Notes: generated by a model from the letters alone, not told the origin. A stretch of 34,929 bases of DNA from Candidatus Rokuibacteriota bacterium (GCA_016184305.1 JACPCX010000128.1:1-34929); one strand, 5' to 3'. Positions 1 through 8,635 are shown, counted from the stretch's first letter. Program-made: numbers and translations.

Positions 1-903
1 CTCGCGCAGCGTCGGCGTCCTGAACTTGCCCTTGTCCTCGTCGCGCTTGGTCGTGTAGTAGAGGCCGAGATCCCGGTCGGCCTTGCGGTAGAGCGGCTCG
101 GGAACGCCGCGGCTGTAGTGCTGGAAGCGCAGCGTGATCTGCCGGAGCGGGTCCTCCTCGAAGGCCGGGTTCTTGGGAACGCCGAGGTTGTGGTAGTTCT
201 CGTCGGACGCCAGCGGGCCCGAGTGGCACTGGATGCAGCCGGCCTTGCCCTGGAAGAGAGCGAGGCCGCGCCTCGCCTCCTCCCCGAGAGCCCTTGCGTC
301 ACCTTTGGCGAAGCGGTCGAAGGCGACCTGGTCGGGACTGGACACCAGCGTCCGCTCGAAGGCGGCGATGGCCTTCCACACATCGCCGATCAGGGGGCGG
401 TCGGTGCCGAAGACGGCCTTGAAGCGGCGCACGTACTCGGGGATCTGCCGCAGCCGCTCCTCCATCATGATGGGGTCGCCGTTGCCGGCCACGTTGCCCG
501 TGGCCGCGGCCTCGGCCTGCCCCTCGAGGCTCGTCACCTCTCCCGCCCAGAACAGCTTCGTGTAGTGCGCCGCGTTGAGCACCGTCTGAGAGTTGCGCCA
601 GTGCTGGGTGCCGGGGTAGCCGCGGGAGACGTCGCTCCCGTCGCCCCAGCCTGCCTCGGGGTTGTGACAGGAGGCGCAGGAGGTCGAGGCGTCGCCCGAC
701 AGCCGCGGGTCGAAGAAGAGGAGCCGCCCCAGCTCGACCTTCGCTGGCGACATCGGATTGTCGCGCGGCACCGCCACGGGAGGCAGGGGACCGAGGGCCA
801 GAGGCTTCTGAGACTGAGCCGAGACGGCGCCGGCGAGGAGCCCGGCCCCGAGCAGGAGCGCGGCCCCCGCGCCGATGAGGTTCGCTCCGGGTACGCGTCG
901 CAT
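1..903 (-). CDS. Di-heme cytochrome c peroxidase/MauG-family protein (IdrP-like), 3' end outside window
   Basis: Not in the ORF track; translated by hand from ATG 903 (RBS GAGGAGG): MRRVPGANLIGAGAALLLGAGLLAGAVSAQ signal peptide, ...ELGRLLFFDPRLSGDASTSCASCH...GKAGCIQCH...KGKFRTPTLRE. Two CxxCH heme motifs; frame open to base 1. Confidence 0.93.
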   Translation of the reverse strand, partial: MRRVPGANLIGAGAALLLGAGLLAGAVSAQSQKPLALGPLPPVAVPRDNPMSPAKVELGRLLFFDPRLSGDASTSCASCHNPEAGWGDGSDVSRGYPGTQHWRNSQTVLNAAHYTKLFWAGEVTSLEGQAEAAATGNVAGNGDPIMMEERLRQIPEYVRRFKAVFGTDRPLIGDVWKAIAAFERTLVSSPDQVAFDRFAKGDARALGEEARRGLALFQGKAGCIQCHSGPLASDENYHNLGVPKNPAFEEDPLRQITLRFQHYSRGVPEPLYRKADRDLGLYYTTKRDEDKGKFRTPTLRE

Positions 904-916
904 GGGTCGGGCCTCC

Positions 917-2011
917 TCAGTTCTTGCCCAGCGTCCGGAGCTTGTACTCCGGCGGGGTCGGGCGCTCAACGACGATGGGATCGCCGGTCAGGCTCTTGAG
1001 GAATTCCACCAGGGCTCGCTTGTCCCCGTCGCCGAGCCCCAGCGGGCGGAGCAGCGGGCTCTTGTTCGGGTGGGCCCCGCCGCCGCGGTTGTAGAAGTCC
1101 ATCACGTCGTCGAGCGTGGCCAGCGACCCGTTGTGCATGTACGGCGCGGTCAGCGCCACCTCGCGCAGCGACGGGGTCCTGAACTTGCCGCGATCTCCGG
1201 GCTCCTTCGTGACCCCGTAGAGGCCCACGTCTTCCCTCAGGTTGTCGTAGTTGGGAACGCCAAGCGTCTTCATGAAGCGCCGGAAGGTGATGTGGCGCAG
1301 CGGCTGGGCGTAGACGGCCGCGTTCTCCGGAACGCCGAGGGCATGGAACTTCTGGTCCGAGAGCAGGGCGCCGTCGTGGCACTGGATGCAGCCGGCCTTG
1401 CCCTGGAAGAGTCCCAACCCCTCCGCCGCGGCCGGGCTCAGCGCCCCCGCCCCCCCCTTCAGGTGGCGGTCCAGCGCCGCGTTGCGCGAGGCAATGGTCT
1501 GGATGAAGGCCGTGATGGCGTTGAGGATGCGCCCGTAGGTCGGCTCTCCTCCCATGGCCTTCGTGAACGTCTCCTCGTACTCGGGCATCTGCCGCATGCG
1601 CTCGATGAGGAGGCGGCCGTCGGCCTGCATGAAGTGGGCTTCCGTGAGATGGTCGCGGACGAGGGTCGGCAGGTCCCGCCCGTCCATCCTGCCATCCCAG
1701 TAACCCCGCCGATAATAGGCGGCGTTGAGGATGGTCTGGCTGTTCCGGAAGTACTCGCTGCCGGGGTAGCCGGTGGAGAGCGGCTTCCCATCGCCCCACC
1801 CCTTCTTCGGATCGTGGCAGGTCGCGCAGGAGATGGCGGCGTCTCCGGAGAGCTTGGTCTCGAAGAAGAGCCAGCGGCCCAGCTCCGCCTGGTCTGGATT
1901 CGGGGCCTTCAGCGCGGGCAGCGGGGCCAGCGGCTCGGCCAGCGCGGCGCCGGCTGCCAGAACAAGGACGGCCGCAGCGAGAACTCCGCCGAGTGCGAGG
2001 AGCCTGTTCAT
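917..2011 (-). CDS. Di-heme cytochrome c peroxidase/MauG-family protein (IdrP-like), 364 aa
   Basis: ATG 2011 with AGGAG RBS, Sec signal (…AALA-EP), CATCH and CIQCH heme motifs, FRTPSLREVALTAPYMHNGS signature; paralog of the downstream gene. Confidence 0.93.
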   Translation of the reverse strand: MNRLLALGGVLAAAVLVLAAGAALAEPLAPLPALKAPNPDQAELGRWLFFETKLSGDAAISCATCHDPKKGWGDGKPLSTGYPGSEYFRNSQTILNAAYYRRGYWDGRMDGRDLPTLVRDHLTEAHFMQADGRLLIERMRQMPEYEETFTKAMGGEPTYGRILNAITAFIQTIASRNAALDRHLKGGAGALSPAAAEGLGLFQGKAGCIQCHDGALLSDQKFHALGVPENAAVYAQPLRHITFRRFMKTLGVPNYDNLREDVGLYGVTKEPGDRGKFRTPSLREVALTAPYMHNGSLATLDDVMDFYNRGGGAHPNKSPLLRPLGLGDGDKRALVEFLKSLTGDPIVVERPTPPEYKLRTLGKN

Positions 2012-2130
2012 GGCCTGTCTCCTGTGACCCGGGCCGGGCACCCGGGCTGTCGCCCGCCCGATCCCGGGGCGGCGGTCCAGATCGAGAGGAAGATGGACGG
2101 TCCGGCAGCCGACACCCAGAAGGCGATGAG

Positions 2131-2859
2131 TCACTTGGCCACGAGGTCAAAGGTGATCTCCGCCTTGCCCTTGGCGGGGACGGTGACCTCGCCCTCCTTG
2201 ATGCCGAGCACCGGGTGCAGGGCCCGGACCTTGTACTTGCCGGGCGGCACGTCGGCGATGGCGAAGGTGCCGTCCGCCCCGGTCACCGCCACGTAGGGCG
2301 ACGGCGCGGCGAACATCCACGCGTGCATGAAGTCGTGGGCGTCGCACTCGATCTTGACCCACTCCCCCCGGCGGACGCTGACGGCCTTGGTGAGCGTCTG
2401 CCCCTGGTTGGGCTGGCCGAAGTTGAAGAGAGTGCGGCGGGTTGTGCCGATGATCTCGTAGCTGTGGATATTGTGGAGCACCGGGTCGCTGTTGAGGATG
2501 TCGAGGTCGCCTCCCTTGGGGACCACCATCATCGGCGGGATGAAGCGGCAGCCTTTCTGGTCGAGAAGCGGCTTCTTCCCCGCCGCCGCCCAGGCCTTGC
2601 CCTTCTCGATCCCGTCGATGATGACGACGGCGTTCTCGAGGGCCCCGTTCTTGACGGCCACCTCGACGATCTCCCGCACGCCGTCGCCGCAGACGTCGTT
2701 GTTCTTGGTGATGAGCATCTTCTTCGACACCGGCGCCCCCTTGAACAGCGCCTTCCCCGCGACGCTCCCGCCATCGGCCACCGGCGCCACGTCGTACGCG
2801 AGGGCCACCGCGGGAGCGAGCCAGATAACAGCCACGACGAACGCAGAGAGCTTCTTCAC
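2131..2859 (-). CDS. Exported cupredoxin-like/carboxypeptidase-regulatory-like domain protein
   Basis: Signal peptide (…ALA-YD); LDQKGCRFIP, NSDPVLHNIH and CDAHDFM motifs; C-terminal DGTFAIADVPPGKYKVRALH beta-sandwich. Confidence 0.8.
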   Translation of the reverse strand: MKKLSAFVVAVIWLAPAVALAYDVAPVADGGSVAGKALFKGAPVSKKMLITKNNDVCGDGVREIVEVAVKNGALENAVVIIDGIEKGKAWAAAGKKPLLDQKGCRFIPPMMVVPKGGDLDILNSDPVLHNIHSYEIIGTTRRTLFNFGQPNQGQTLTKAVSVRRGEWVKIECDAHDFMHAWMFAAPSPYVAVTGADGTFAIADVPPGKYKVRALHPVLGIKEGEVTVPAKGKAEITFDLVAK

Positions 2860-3260
2860 GCCTCCGTTCTCCTTCCCTCGCCGAGCCGCCGGCCGGCGAC
2901 CGTCTCGATCGCCCGGGTGAGCGCCCCGGAATCGATCTCCTTGAGGAGCAGCGCTCGCGCGCCCGCGCGCATGAGATCGCTCCGCGCCCGCTCGGTCAGA
3001 TACGCGGTCAGCACCACGATCCCGGCCTCCGGCGCAGCCTGCGCGATTCGACCCAGGAACGCCGCGGCATCCGGCGCCATCCGCGGCACGTCTGCCACGA
3101 CCACGTCGGGGCGCCGCTCACCGACCACTCGCACGGCCTCTGCCTCGTCGCGCCCCTCGGCCACCACCGAGATCCCCGGCACCTGCATGAGCCGCCGGGC
3201 CAGCCCCGCGCGGGTCCCGGGGTTCCCATCGACGATGACAACCGTGACGGGGCGCTCCAC
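2856..3260 (-). CDS. Stand-alone NarL-type receiver domain protein (no DNA-binding domain)
   Basis: VVIVDGN...PDVVVAD...VVLTAY...GARALLLKEI receiver fold; stop overlaps the next start (GTGA). Confidence 0.8.
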   Translation of the reverse strand: MERPVTVVIVDGNPGTRAGLARRLMQVPGISVVAEGRDEAEAVRVVGERRPDVVVADVPRMAPDAAAFLGRIAQAAPEAGIVVLTAYLTERARSDLMRAGARALLLKEIDSGALTRAIETVAGRRLGEGRRTEA

Positions 3261-3340
3261 GGCGGCAGCATCGCGCGCGGAGAGGGATGCCGAGAAGTGC
3301 CGGGTGGGGTCCGGGGGACAGTTTTTCGGCCCTGGCGGAT

Positions 3341-3358
3341 CAGGGCCGAATGGCCCTG
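3341..3358. promoter_or_regulatory. DosR/DevR-box-like palindrome
   Basis: CAGGGCC-GAAT-GGCCCTG, matching the GGGNC-N4-GNCCC core of Dev boxes; extra GGCCCTG half-site at 3328-3334; lies upstream of the peroxidase operon. Confidence 0.65.
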
Positions 3359-3387
3359 GCGCCGCACTCGTTCGGCCGGGCCGGGGC

Positions 3388-4044
3388 TCAGGCCGGGGGA
3401 GCGTGGCGCCGGGCGAAGAAGGCGGCAGCCTCGGAGCGGCGCGAGAGGTGGAGCTTGTCGAAGATGTGGGACAGGTAGTTCTTCACCGTCTTGTCGCTCA
3501 AGCCCAGCGCTGCGGCGATCTCCTTGTTGGTCTTGCCCTCGGCCACGAGGGCCAGCACCTTCCGCTCCTGGGCGGAGAGCTGCGTCACGTCGTCGGGCTG
3601 GCCCCCCGAGGCCAGTCGCTGGACCTTCTCGAGCACCTTCTGGGTCACGGCCGGATCGAGCAGCGACTGCCCCGCCGCCACCGTCTCGATGGCGCGCACC
3701 AGCTCCTGGCCGCGGATCTGCTTGAGCAGGTAGCCGGAGGCGCCGGCCAGGATGGAGCTGAACACGGCTTCCTCATCCGCGTAGGAGGTCAGCATGATCA
3801 CGCGGACGCGGGGATCGGCGCTCCGGATCTCCCGGCAGGCCTCCACCCCGTTGCGATCGGGAAGCCTCACGTCCATCACCACCACGTCCGGTCGCAGCGC
3901 CGCCGCCTGGGCCACCGCGGCCTCCGCCGTCCCGGCTTCGCCCACGATCGCGATGCCGCGTTCCCGGCTGAGGAGCGAGCGCAGCCCCACGCGGACCACC
4001 TCGTGGTCGTCCACCAGGAGCACGCCGATCTTCCGGGCGCTCAC
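3388..4044 (-). CDS. NarL/LuxR-family response regulator, DevR/DosR-like (218 aa)
   Basis: VLLVDDHEVVR, MDVRLPD, LTSYADEEA, GASGYLLK; HTH GKTNKEIA…SDKTVKNYLS; GTG start overlaps the kinase stop. Confidence 0.93.
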   Translation of the reverse strand: MSARKIGVLLVDDHEVVRVGLRSLLSRERGIAIVGEAGTAEAAVAQAAALRPDVVVMDVRLPDRNGVEACREIRSADPRVRVIMLTSYADEEAVFSSILAGASGYLLKQIRGQELVRAIETVAAGQSLLDPAVTQKVLEKVQRLASGGQPDDVTQLSAQERKVLALVAEGKTNKEIAAALGLSDKTVKNYLSHIFDKLHLSRRSEAAAFFARRHAPPA

Positions 4045-6344
4045 GACGCCGGCGCCCGGGGAATCCTCAGCGCGATCCGGGTGCCGCGGCCCTGGGCGCT
4101 GGTCACCGAGAGCTCTCCCCCGAGTCGCCGGGCCCGCTCGCTCATGTTCCGGAGCCCGCGGCCGACGCCCGGCCGGGCATCGGGCTCGAAGCCGACCCCG
4201 TCGTCCTCGACGCGCAGGCGCACGGAGCCGTCGTCGCGGCCGAGGCTCAGCGCAACGCGAGAGGCCCGGGCGTGACGGATCACGTTGGTCAGGGCCTCGC
4301 GGCAGATCTGGAAGAGGTGAATGACCTGGTCGCGCGTGAGCAGCCGGTCGATGCCCTCGTCCACGGAGAGGTCGGCAGCCAGGAGCGAGTTCAGCGCGAG
4401 CCCCCGCACGAGCCCGTCCAGGGCGCCGGCCACATCGCGGTCCTGAAGCTCCTCGGGGTCGAGCCCCACGAGGTAATTCCGGACGTCCCGGATCACGGTG
4501 TTGAGGCCCTCGATGGCCTCTTCGAGCCTGGGCCTGACCTCGAGCGAGCCCTCGGCGGCCAGCCGCATGCACTCCTCGAGCCCGAGGCCCGTGGCGTAGA
4601 TGGACTGGATGACGCCGTCGTGGAGGTCGCGCCCGATCCGGTCCCGCTCCTCCAGCCGGGCCAGATCCCGCACCTCACGGTGGAGTCGCGCGTTCTCGAT
4701 GGCGATGGCCGCCTGGTTGGCAAGCCCCTGGAGGAAGTCCATCTGCTCCCGGTCCACCACGCGCGGGGCCCGGTAGCCGACGCAGAGATCGCCAACTTCG
4801 CGCTCGCCTGTCCGCAGCAGCGCGGCGACGTGGGTCGGCAGGAGCTCACCGTGCGTCACGGAGCACAGGCAGCCCAGCGCCCCCGCCCGACCGCAGTCGG
4901 TGGCGTCCAGCGGCGCGCCGGGGCCGAGACGCAGGGCCTCCCCGGCGCCGCTCGTGGCGCCAACGCGCAGCCCCATGCCCGGCTCCACCAGGCAGAGGAT
5001 GGCCACATCGGCCCCGAGCAGCTCCCGCGCCTTGTCCACCACGAGCTGGAGGATCTCCGGCAGCGAGAGGAGACTCGATATCTCGGTGCCGATGCGCAAC
5101 AGCGCCCCCGCCTCCCGGGCCAACCGCTCGGCGCGCTCCCGCGCCTCGAGGAGCTCCCGCTCGTGCTGCTTCAGGTGCCCGGCCATCCGGTTGAACTGGT
5201 GGCTCAGGTCTTCCAGCTCGTCGTTGGTCTCCACGCGGATGACGCGGTCGAAGTCCCCCGCAGCGACGGCCTCGGCGGCCTTGGCCAGCGCGGCGATGGG
5301 CCGCGTGAAGTGCCGCGCGGCGGCGACGCCCACCACGGCGGCCACCACGAGCACGCCCGCCCCCAGCACCGCCACGAGAAGCTGGAGCGAGCGGATCGTG
5401 GAGAGGACCTCGGCTTTGCTGTAGGCGTGGGCCACGACCCACGGGCCCCGCCCGGGTCCGGGGTGGATCGGCGCGAAGGCGAGGATGCGGCCCCTGAGCC
5501 CCGGCTCCACGACCGCGCCGGCGGTGCCCGAGAGCAACCTGGCCGTGATCTCACGCGCGAAATCTCCGTGGAGACTGTCGCCCGCGGCGGCGAAGCCGCT
5601 GGCCTCGGGCGGCATCCGCCGCGAGTCGGCGAGATAGATTCCCTGCGAGTCCACCAGGAAAACCGTGCCGCGCTCGCGCCCCAGGCTCACCACCTGCGAG
5701 AGGATCTTCGACGCGTAGAGGTTCACGATCACGATCCCCCGCGCCTCGCCGCGCGGGTCGGCCACCCTCGCCGCGTACCGCACCACCGGCATGGCGGGAC
5801 GCTCGACCTTCCCCCACTCCTCGTTGAGGTCCATGGGAGAGACGTAGACCGCCCCGACCGTCAGCCTCATGGCCTCGCGGAAGTAGTAGCGGTCGCTCTT
5901 GTCCTGGAGCCCGGCGGCGGGGACCACGTAGTGGCGCTCCCCGTCGAAGTCCACGCGGGCGACCTCGCGTCCCCGCTCGTCGAGGTAGCGGATCTGGTAG
6001 TAGGCCTTCCGGGATCGGGAGAAGGCGAGGAAGGCCTGCTGGACGGCGTCGGTCGCCGCGCGCGAGGGACCCGACCCGGACGCGACCATCGTCTGCAGGG
6101 TTGGCAGCCGCGTGAGAAACGTCACGTCGTCGCGCACGGTCTCGAGGAACTGCTGGACCTCTCCCGCCTTGAGCGAGACTCCCTCACGCAGGCCGTCGAG
6201 GACGGTCTGCTTGAGAAGCGAGAAGGAGAAGACCGCGCCGTAGCCTCCCACGACGGCCACCGGCACCACCCCCAGCAGCACGAAGGCGATGACGAGCTTG
6301 GTGCGGATGCTCAGCCGGCGGAACAGCTTGTTGACGTTGACCAT
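4041..6344 (-). CDS. Sensor histidine kinase: TM-Cache-TM-HAMP-GAF-HisKA_3-HATPase (767 aa)
   Basis: ATG 6344 (MVNVNKLFRR); two TM helices flanking a QDKSDRYYF/YVSPMDLN Cache domain, HAMP (NDELEDLSHQFNRM), ERDRIGRDLHDGVIQ H-box, EALTNVIRHA, EDDGVGF, GRGLRNM. Confidence 0.93.
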   Translation of the reverse strand: MVNVNKLFRRLSIRTKLVIAFVLLGVVPVAVVGGYGAVFSFSLLKQTVLDGLREGVSLKAGEVQQFLETVRDDVTFLTRLPTLQTMVASGSGPSRAATDAVQQAFLAFSRSRKAYYQIRYLDERGREVARVDFDGERHYVVPAAGLQDKSDRYYFREAMRLTVGAVYVSPMDLNEEWGKVERPAMPVVRYAARVADPRGEARGIVIVNLYASKILSQVVSLGRERGTVFLVDSQGIYLADSRRMPPEASGFAAAGDSLHGDFAREITARLLSGTAGAVVEPGLRGRILAFAPIHPGPGRGPWVVAHAYSKAEVLSTIRSLQLLVAVLGAGVLVVAAVVGVAAARHFTRPIAALAKAAEAVAAGDFDRVIRVETNDELEDLSHQFNRMAGHLKQHERELLEARERAERLAREAGALLRIGTEISSLLSLPEILQLVVDKARELLGADVAILCLVEPGMGLRVGATSGAGEALRLGPGAPLDATDCGRAGALGCLCSVTHGELLPTHVAALLRTGEREVGDLCVGYRAPRVVDREQMDFLQGLANQAAIAIENARLHREVRDLARLEERDRIGRDLHDGVIQSIYATGLGLEECMRLAAEGSLEVRPRLEEAIEGLNTVIRDVRNYLVGLDPEELQDRDVAGALDGLVRGLALNSLLAADLSVDEGIDRLLTRDQVIHLFQICREALTNVIRHARASRVALSLGRDDGSVRLRVEDDGVGFEPDARPGVGRGLRNMSERARRLGGELSVTSAQGRGTRIALRIPRAPAS

Positions 6345-6377
6345 GGCCCCGACGCGCTCCGGCGGTGGATTGCCGCG

Positions 6378-6386
6378 ATCATAGCA
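6378..6386 (-). promoter_or_regulatory. Putative extended -10 promoter for the kinase operon
   Basis: TGCTATGAT on the minus strand ~35 nt upstream of ATG 6344. Confidence 0.4.
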
Positions 6387-6423
6387 CCGACTGCTGCCCG
6401 AAGATCCCGCTGACGCGCGGGGC

Positions 6424-7056
6424 CTACTCCTCGTCGGCGGGCCTGAGCGGCAGCGGCAGCGCCGAGACCACCGCGGCGCGGACGTTCCGCGCCATCTCCT
6501 GGGCGGCGCCCTTGACATCTTTGCCCCCCGCTGGCCAGATGAGCGGGTGGTACACGATGGTGAGGCGGCCAGGGCGCGGGAGCCAGCGCCCGGGCGGCCA
6601 CGACTCGCTGCCCCCGATAATGGTCACGGGGAGCACCGGCACCTTGCAAGAGCACGCCAGCCGGAACGCGCCCGGCCTGAAGCGCTGCAGCCGCCCGTCG
6701 GGACTCCGCCCCGCCTCGGGGAAGATCATCACGGCCGCTCCCGCATCGAGCAGCCGCACGGTTTCCCGCGTCGCCTTCGGGTCGGCCGCCTCGATCTCCA
6801 CCGGGAAGGCGCGCAGACGCCGGATCAACGAGGACAGGACCGGGATGCGGAAGAGCGCGCTCCAGGCCATGTAGTGGACCGGGCGGCGCACCGGGATGGT
6901 GACGAGCGGAGGATCGGCATAGGTCACGTGGTTCGGGGTGATGATCAGCCCCCCATCCCGGGGGATATTGTCGACGCCTTCGAAGCGGATGCCGAAATAG
7001 AGGCGCGCCCCCAGCCACACGGCGGGACGGAAGAGATCCAGGACGGGCGTGCGCAC
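6424..7056 (-). CDS. plsC: 1-acyl-sn-glycerol-3-phosphate acyltransferase
   Basis: NHVTYAD (NHx4D) and FPEAGRS motifs; likely GTG start at 7056. Confidence 0.88.
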   Translation of the reverse strand: MRTPVLDLFRPAVWLGARLYFGIRFEGVDNIPRDGGLIITPNHVTYADPPLVTIPVRRPVHYMAWSALFRIPVLSSLIRRLRAFPVEIEAADPKATRETVRLLDAGAAVMIFPEAGRSPDGRLQRFRPGAFRLACSCKVPVLPVTIIGGSESWPPGRWLPRPGRLTIVYHPLIWPAGGKDVKGAAQEMARNVRAAVVSALPLPLRPADEE

Positions 7057-7079
7057 GTCCCGATACTGCCACGGAAGCG

Positions 7080-7820
7080 ATGAGCGAGACAATGCGGCAT
7101 GACGCGAGCCGGCCGCTGGTGATCGCCCACCGGGGCGCATCGGCGGAGGCCCCCGAGAACACCATCGCGGCCTTCGAGCTGGCCCTGGCGCAGGGCGCCG
7201 ACGCCATCGAGCTCGACGTCCACCTCTCCCGCGACGAGCACCCGGTGGTCATCCACGACGGGACACTCGAGCGGACCACGAACGGCGTCGGGTCCGTCCG
7301 CGACCGGACGGTGCAGGAGCTGAAGCGGCTGGACGCCGGGGGCTCGCACTCCTCGGTCTTCCGGGGCCAGCGGATCCAGACGCTCCAGGAGGTGCTCGAG
7401 CGATTCCGCGACCGCACGCGCTTCTGGATCGAGCTGAAGGGGGGATCGGACCTCTACCCCGGCATCGAGGAGCGGGTCGTGGCCTGCCTCGAGATCTACG
7501 AGGTCATCGACCGGGCGCTGGTCCAGTCCTTCGACCACGAGGCGCTCGCGCGCGTCCGGACGCTCAGCCGGGAGGTCACGCTCGGGGCGCTGGTGGCGCA
7601 GCCTCCCCTGGACCCGGCGGTGGTGGCGCCAGGCATCGTTCAGGCCATCTGTCCGGGGGCACACCTGCTGACGGAACACGATACGGCGGTGATCCTGGGG
7701 GCGGGGCTCGGCTGCTACGTCTGGACAGTCAACGAGCCGGCCCAGATGGACCGGCTCGTCTCATGGGGGGTGAGCGGGATCATCACCGACCGGCCGGCGC
7801 TCTTGCGCGCCCGGCTCTAA
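7080..7820 (+). CDS. Glycerophosphodiester phosphodiesterase
   Basis: IAHRGASAEAPENT, IELDVHLSRD..VVIHD, IELK, VWTVN, GIITD motifs. Confidence 0.93.
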   Translation: MSETMRHDASRPLVIAHRGASAEAPENTIAAFELALAQGADAIELDVHLSRDEHPVVIHDGTLERTTNGVGSVRDRTVQELKRLDAGGSHSSVFRGQRIQTLQEVLERFRDRTRFWIELKGGSDLYPGIEERVVACLEIYEVIDRALVQSFDHEALARVRTLSREVTLGALVAQPPLDPAVVAPGIVQAICPGAHLLTEHDTAVILGAGLGCYVWTVNEPAQMDRLVSWGVSGIITDRPALLRARL

Positions 7821-7841
7821 CAGGCCGCTGAAAAGGGCCTG
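7821..7841. terminator. Small hairpin between convergent genes
   Basis: CAGGCC-gctgaaaag-GGCCTG directly after the phosphodiesterase stop; no U-tract. Confidence 0.25.
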
Positions 7842-7861
7842 TGGAGCTTGTCCGTATCCCT

Positions 7862-8272
7862 CTAATCCTCGTCGCCCTCGTCCCCGACGAAGGCAGCACC
7901 TGCGGGCGCGAGTCTCCGGGTGCTCCGCTCCAGCATGTCCTGGCAGCGCACGCAGGTCAGCACCTCGGGCATGGCCCGGAGTCGCGCCGGCGCGATCGGC
8001 TCGCCGCACTCCTGACAGATCCCGTACTCCCCTTCGCGCAGCCGCTCGAGCGCCTCCGCGAGCTTGTTGGCGCGCTCGACGAGCAGGCTCCGGGTGGCGA
8101 AGCTCATCTCCCGGTCCTCGTTCACGCGGATCAGATCCACCTCATCGGCCATGGCCGTGCTGTCCCCGATCGAGCCCGGAAAGTCCTCGAAGACCACCCC
8201 ACCGCCCATCCGCCGGATTCTCTCCACCGTCCGGGTCAGCTCCGCCTCGAGTCGCTGCTTGACGTCTTTCAT
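7862..8272 (-). CDS. TraR/DksA-family C4 zinc-finger protein (136 aa)
   Basis: AGAGGAG RBS; coiled coil with DEVD tip; YGICQECGEPIAPARLRAMPEVLTCVRCQ. Confidence 0.9.
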   Translation of the reverse strand: MKDVKQRLEAELTRTVERIRRMGGGVVFEDFPGSIGDSTAMADEVDLIRVNEDREMSFATRSLLVERANKLAEALERLREGEYGICQECGEPIAPARLRAMPEVLTCVRCQDMLERSTRRLAPAGAAFVGDEGDED

Positions 8273-8333
8273 CACCGATCTCCTCTTGGGCCCTGGGATG
8301 TCCAAACCTATAAGCTTCGTGGCACACGTAACA

Positions 8334-8349
8334 TGCAATCATCATGCCC
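8334..8349 (-). promoter_or_regulatory. Sigma54 (-24/-12) promoter for the dksA-like gene
   Basis: Minus strand GGGCAT-GATGA-TTGCA with correct GG-N10-GC spacing. Confidence 0.72.
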
Positions 8350-8601
8350 ACGAATTGCCGAGTTGGACGTCCCCTAAGGTCTCGATATTCAATATTTAGC
8401 CCGAAGGCATGGGGGTCCAGTCGGGCGAAACTCCTACACTCTGCGGGGAAAAAGCGGTACCGCTGTGGCAGGAATTGGCACCCAGTCCCCAGGATGAGAG
8501 GGGACCGCACCGGGGCGTGCTGCAGCCAGAACCATCGCGCCCACCTCCTCGTGAAGCGGCAGGAGGCCGGGTCGAGTCCCCCTGGCTCGGAGCTACGACC
8601 G

Positions 8602-8635
8602 GCGCCAGTTTGGCGTCGAGGCGACATCATGTCGC
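8602..8635. promoter_or_regulatory. Tandem palindromic enhancer (UAS) copy 1
   Basis: GCGCCA-gtt-TGGCGT (8602) and GCGACA-tca-TGTCGC (8621), 19 bp apart; the same arrangement recurs at 27441 and 34457. Confidence 0.8.

Noticed and set aside
118..6413. Long plus-strand ORFs (118-999, 875-2296, 1993-4275, 4272-6413)
   Set aside because: Antisense shadows of well-supported minus-strand genes in high-GC DNA; no motifs.
7818..7845. CAGGCCGCTGAAAAG as an IS or MITE end
   Set aside because: Single copy, no transposase and no target duplication.
8320..8337. Plus-strand TGGCAC…ATGCA as a sigma54 promoter
   Set aside because: Spacing is 2 nt too long; the overlapping minus-strand site fits instead.
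8466..8481. TGGCAGGAATTGGCAC as a sigma54 promoter
   Set aside because: GG-GC spacing is off by one.
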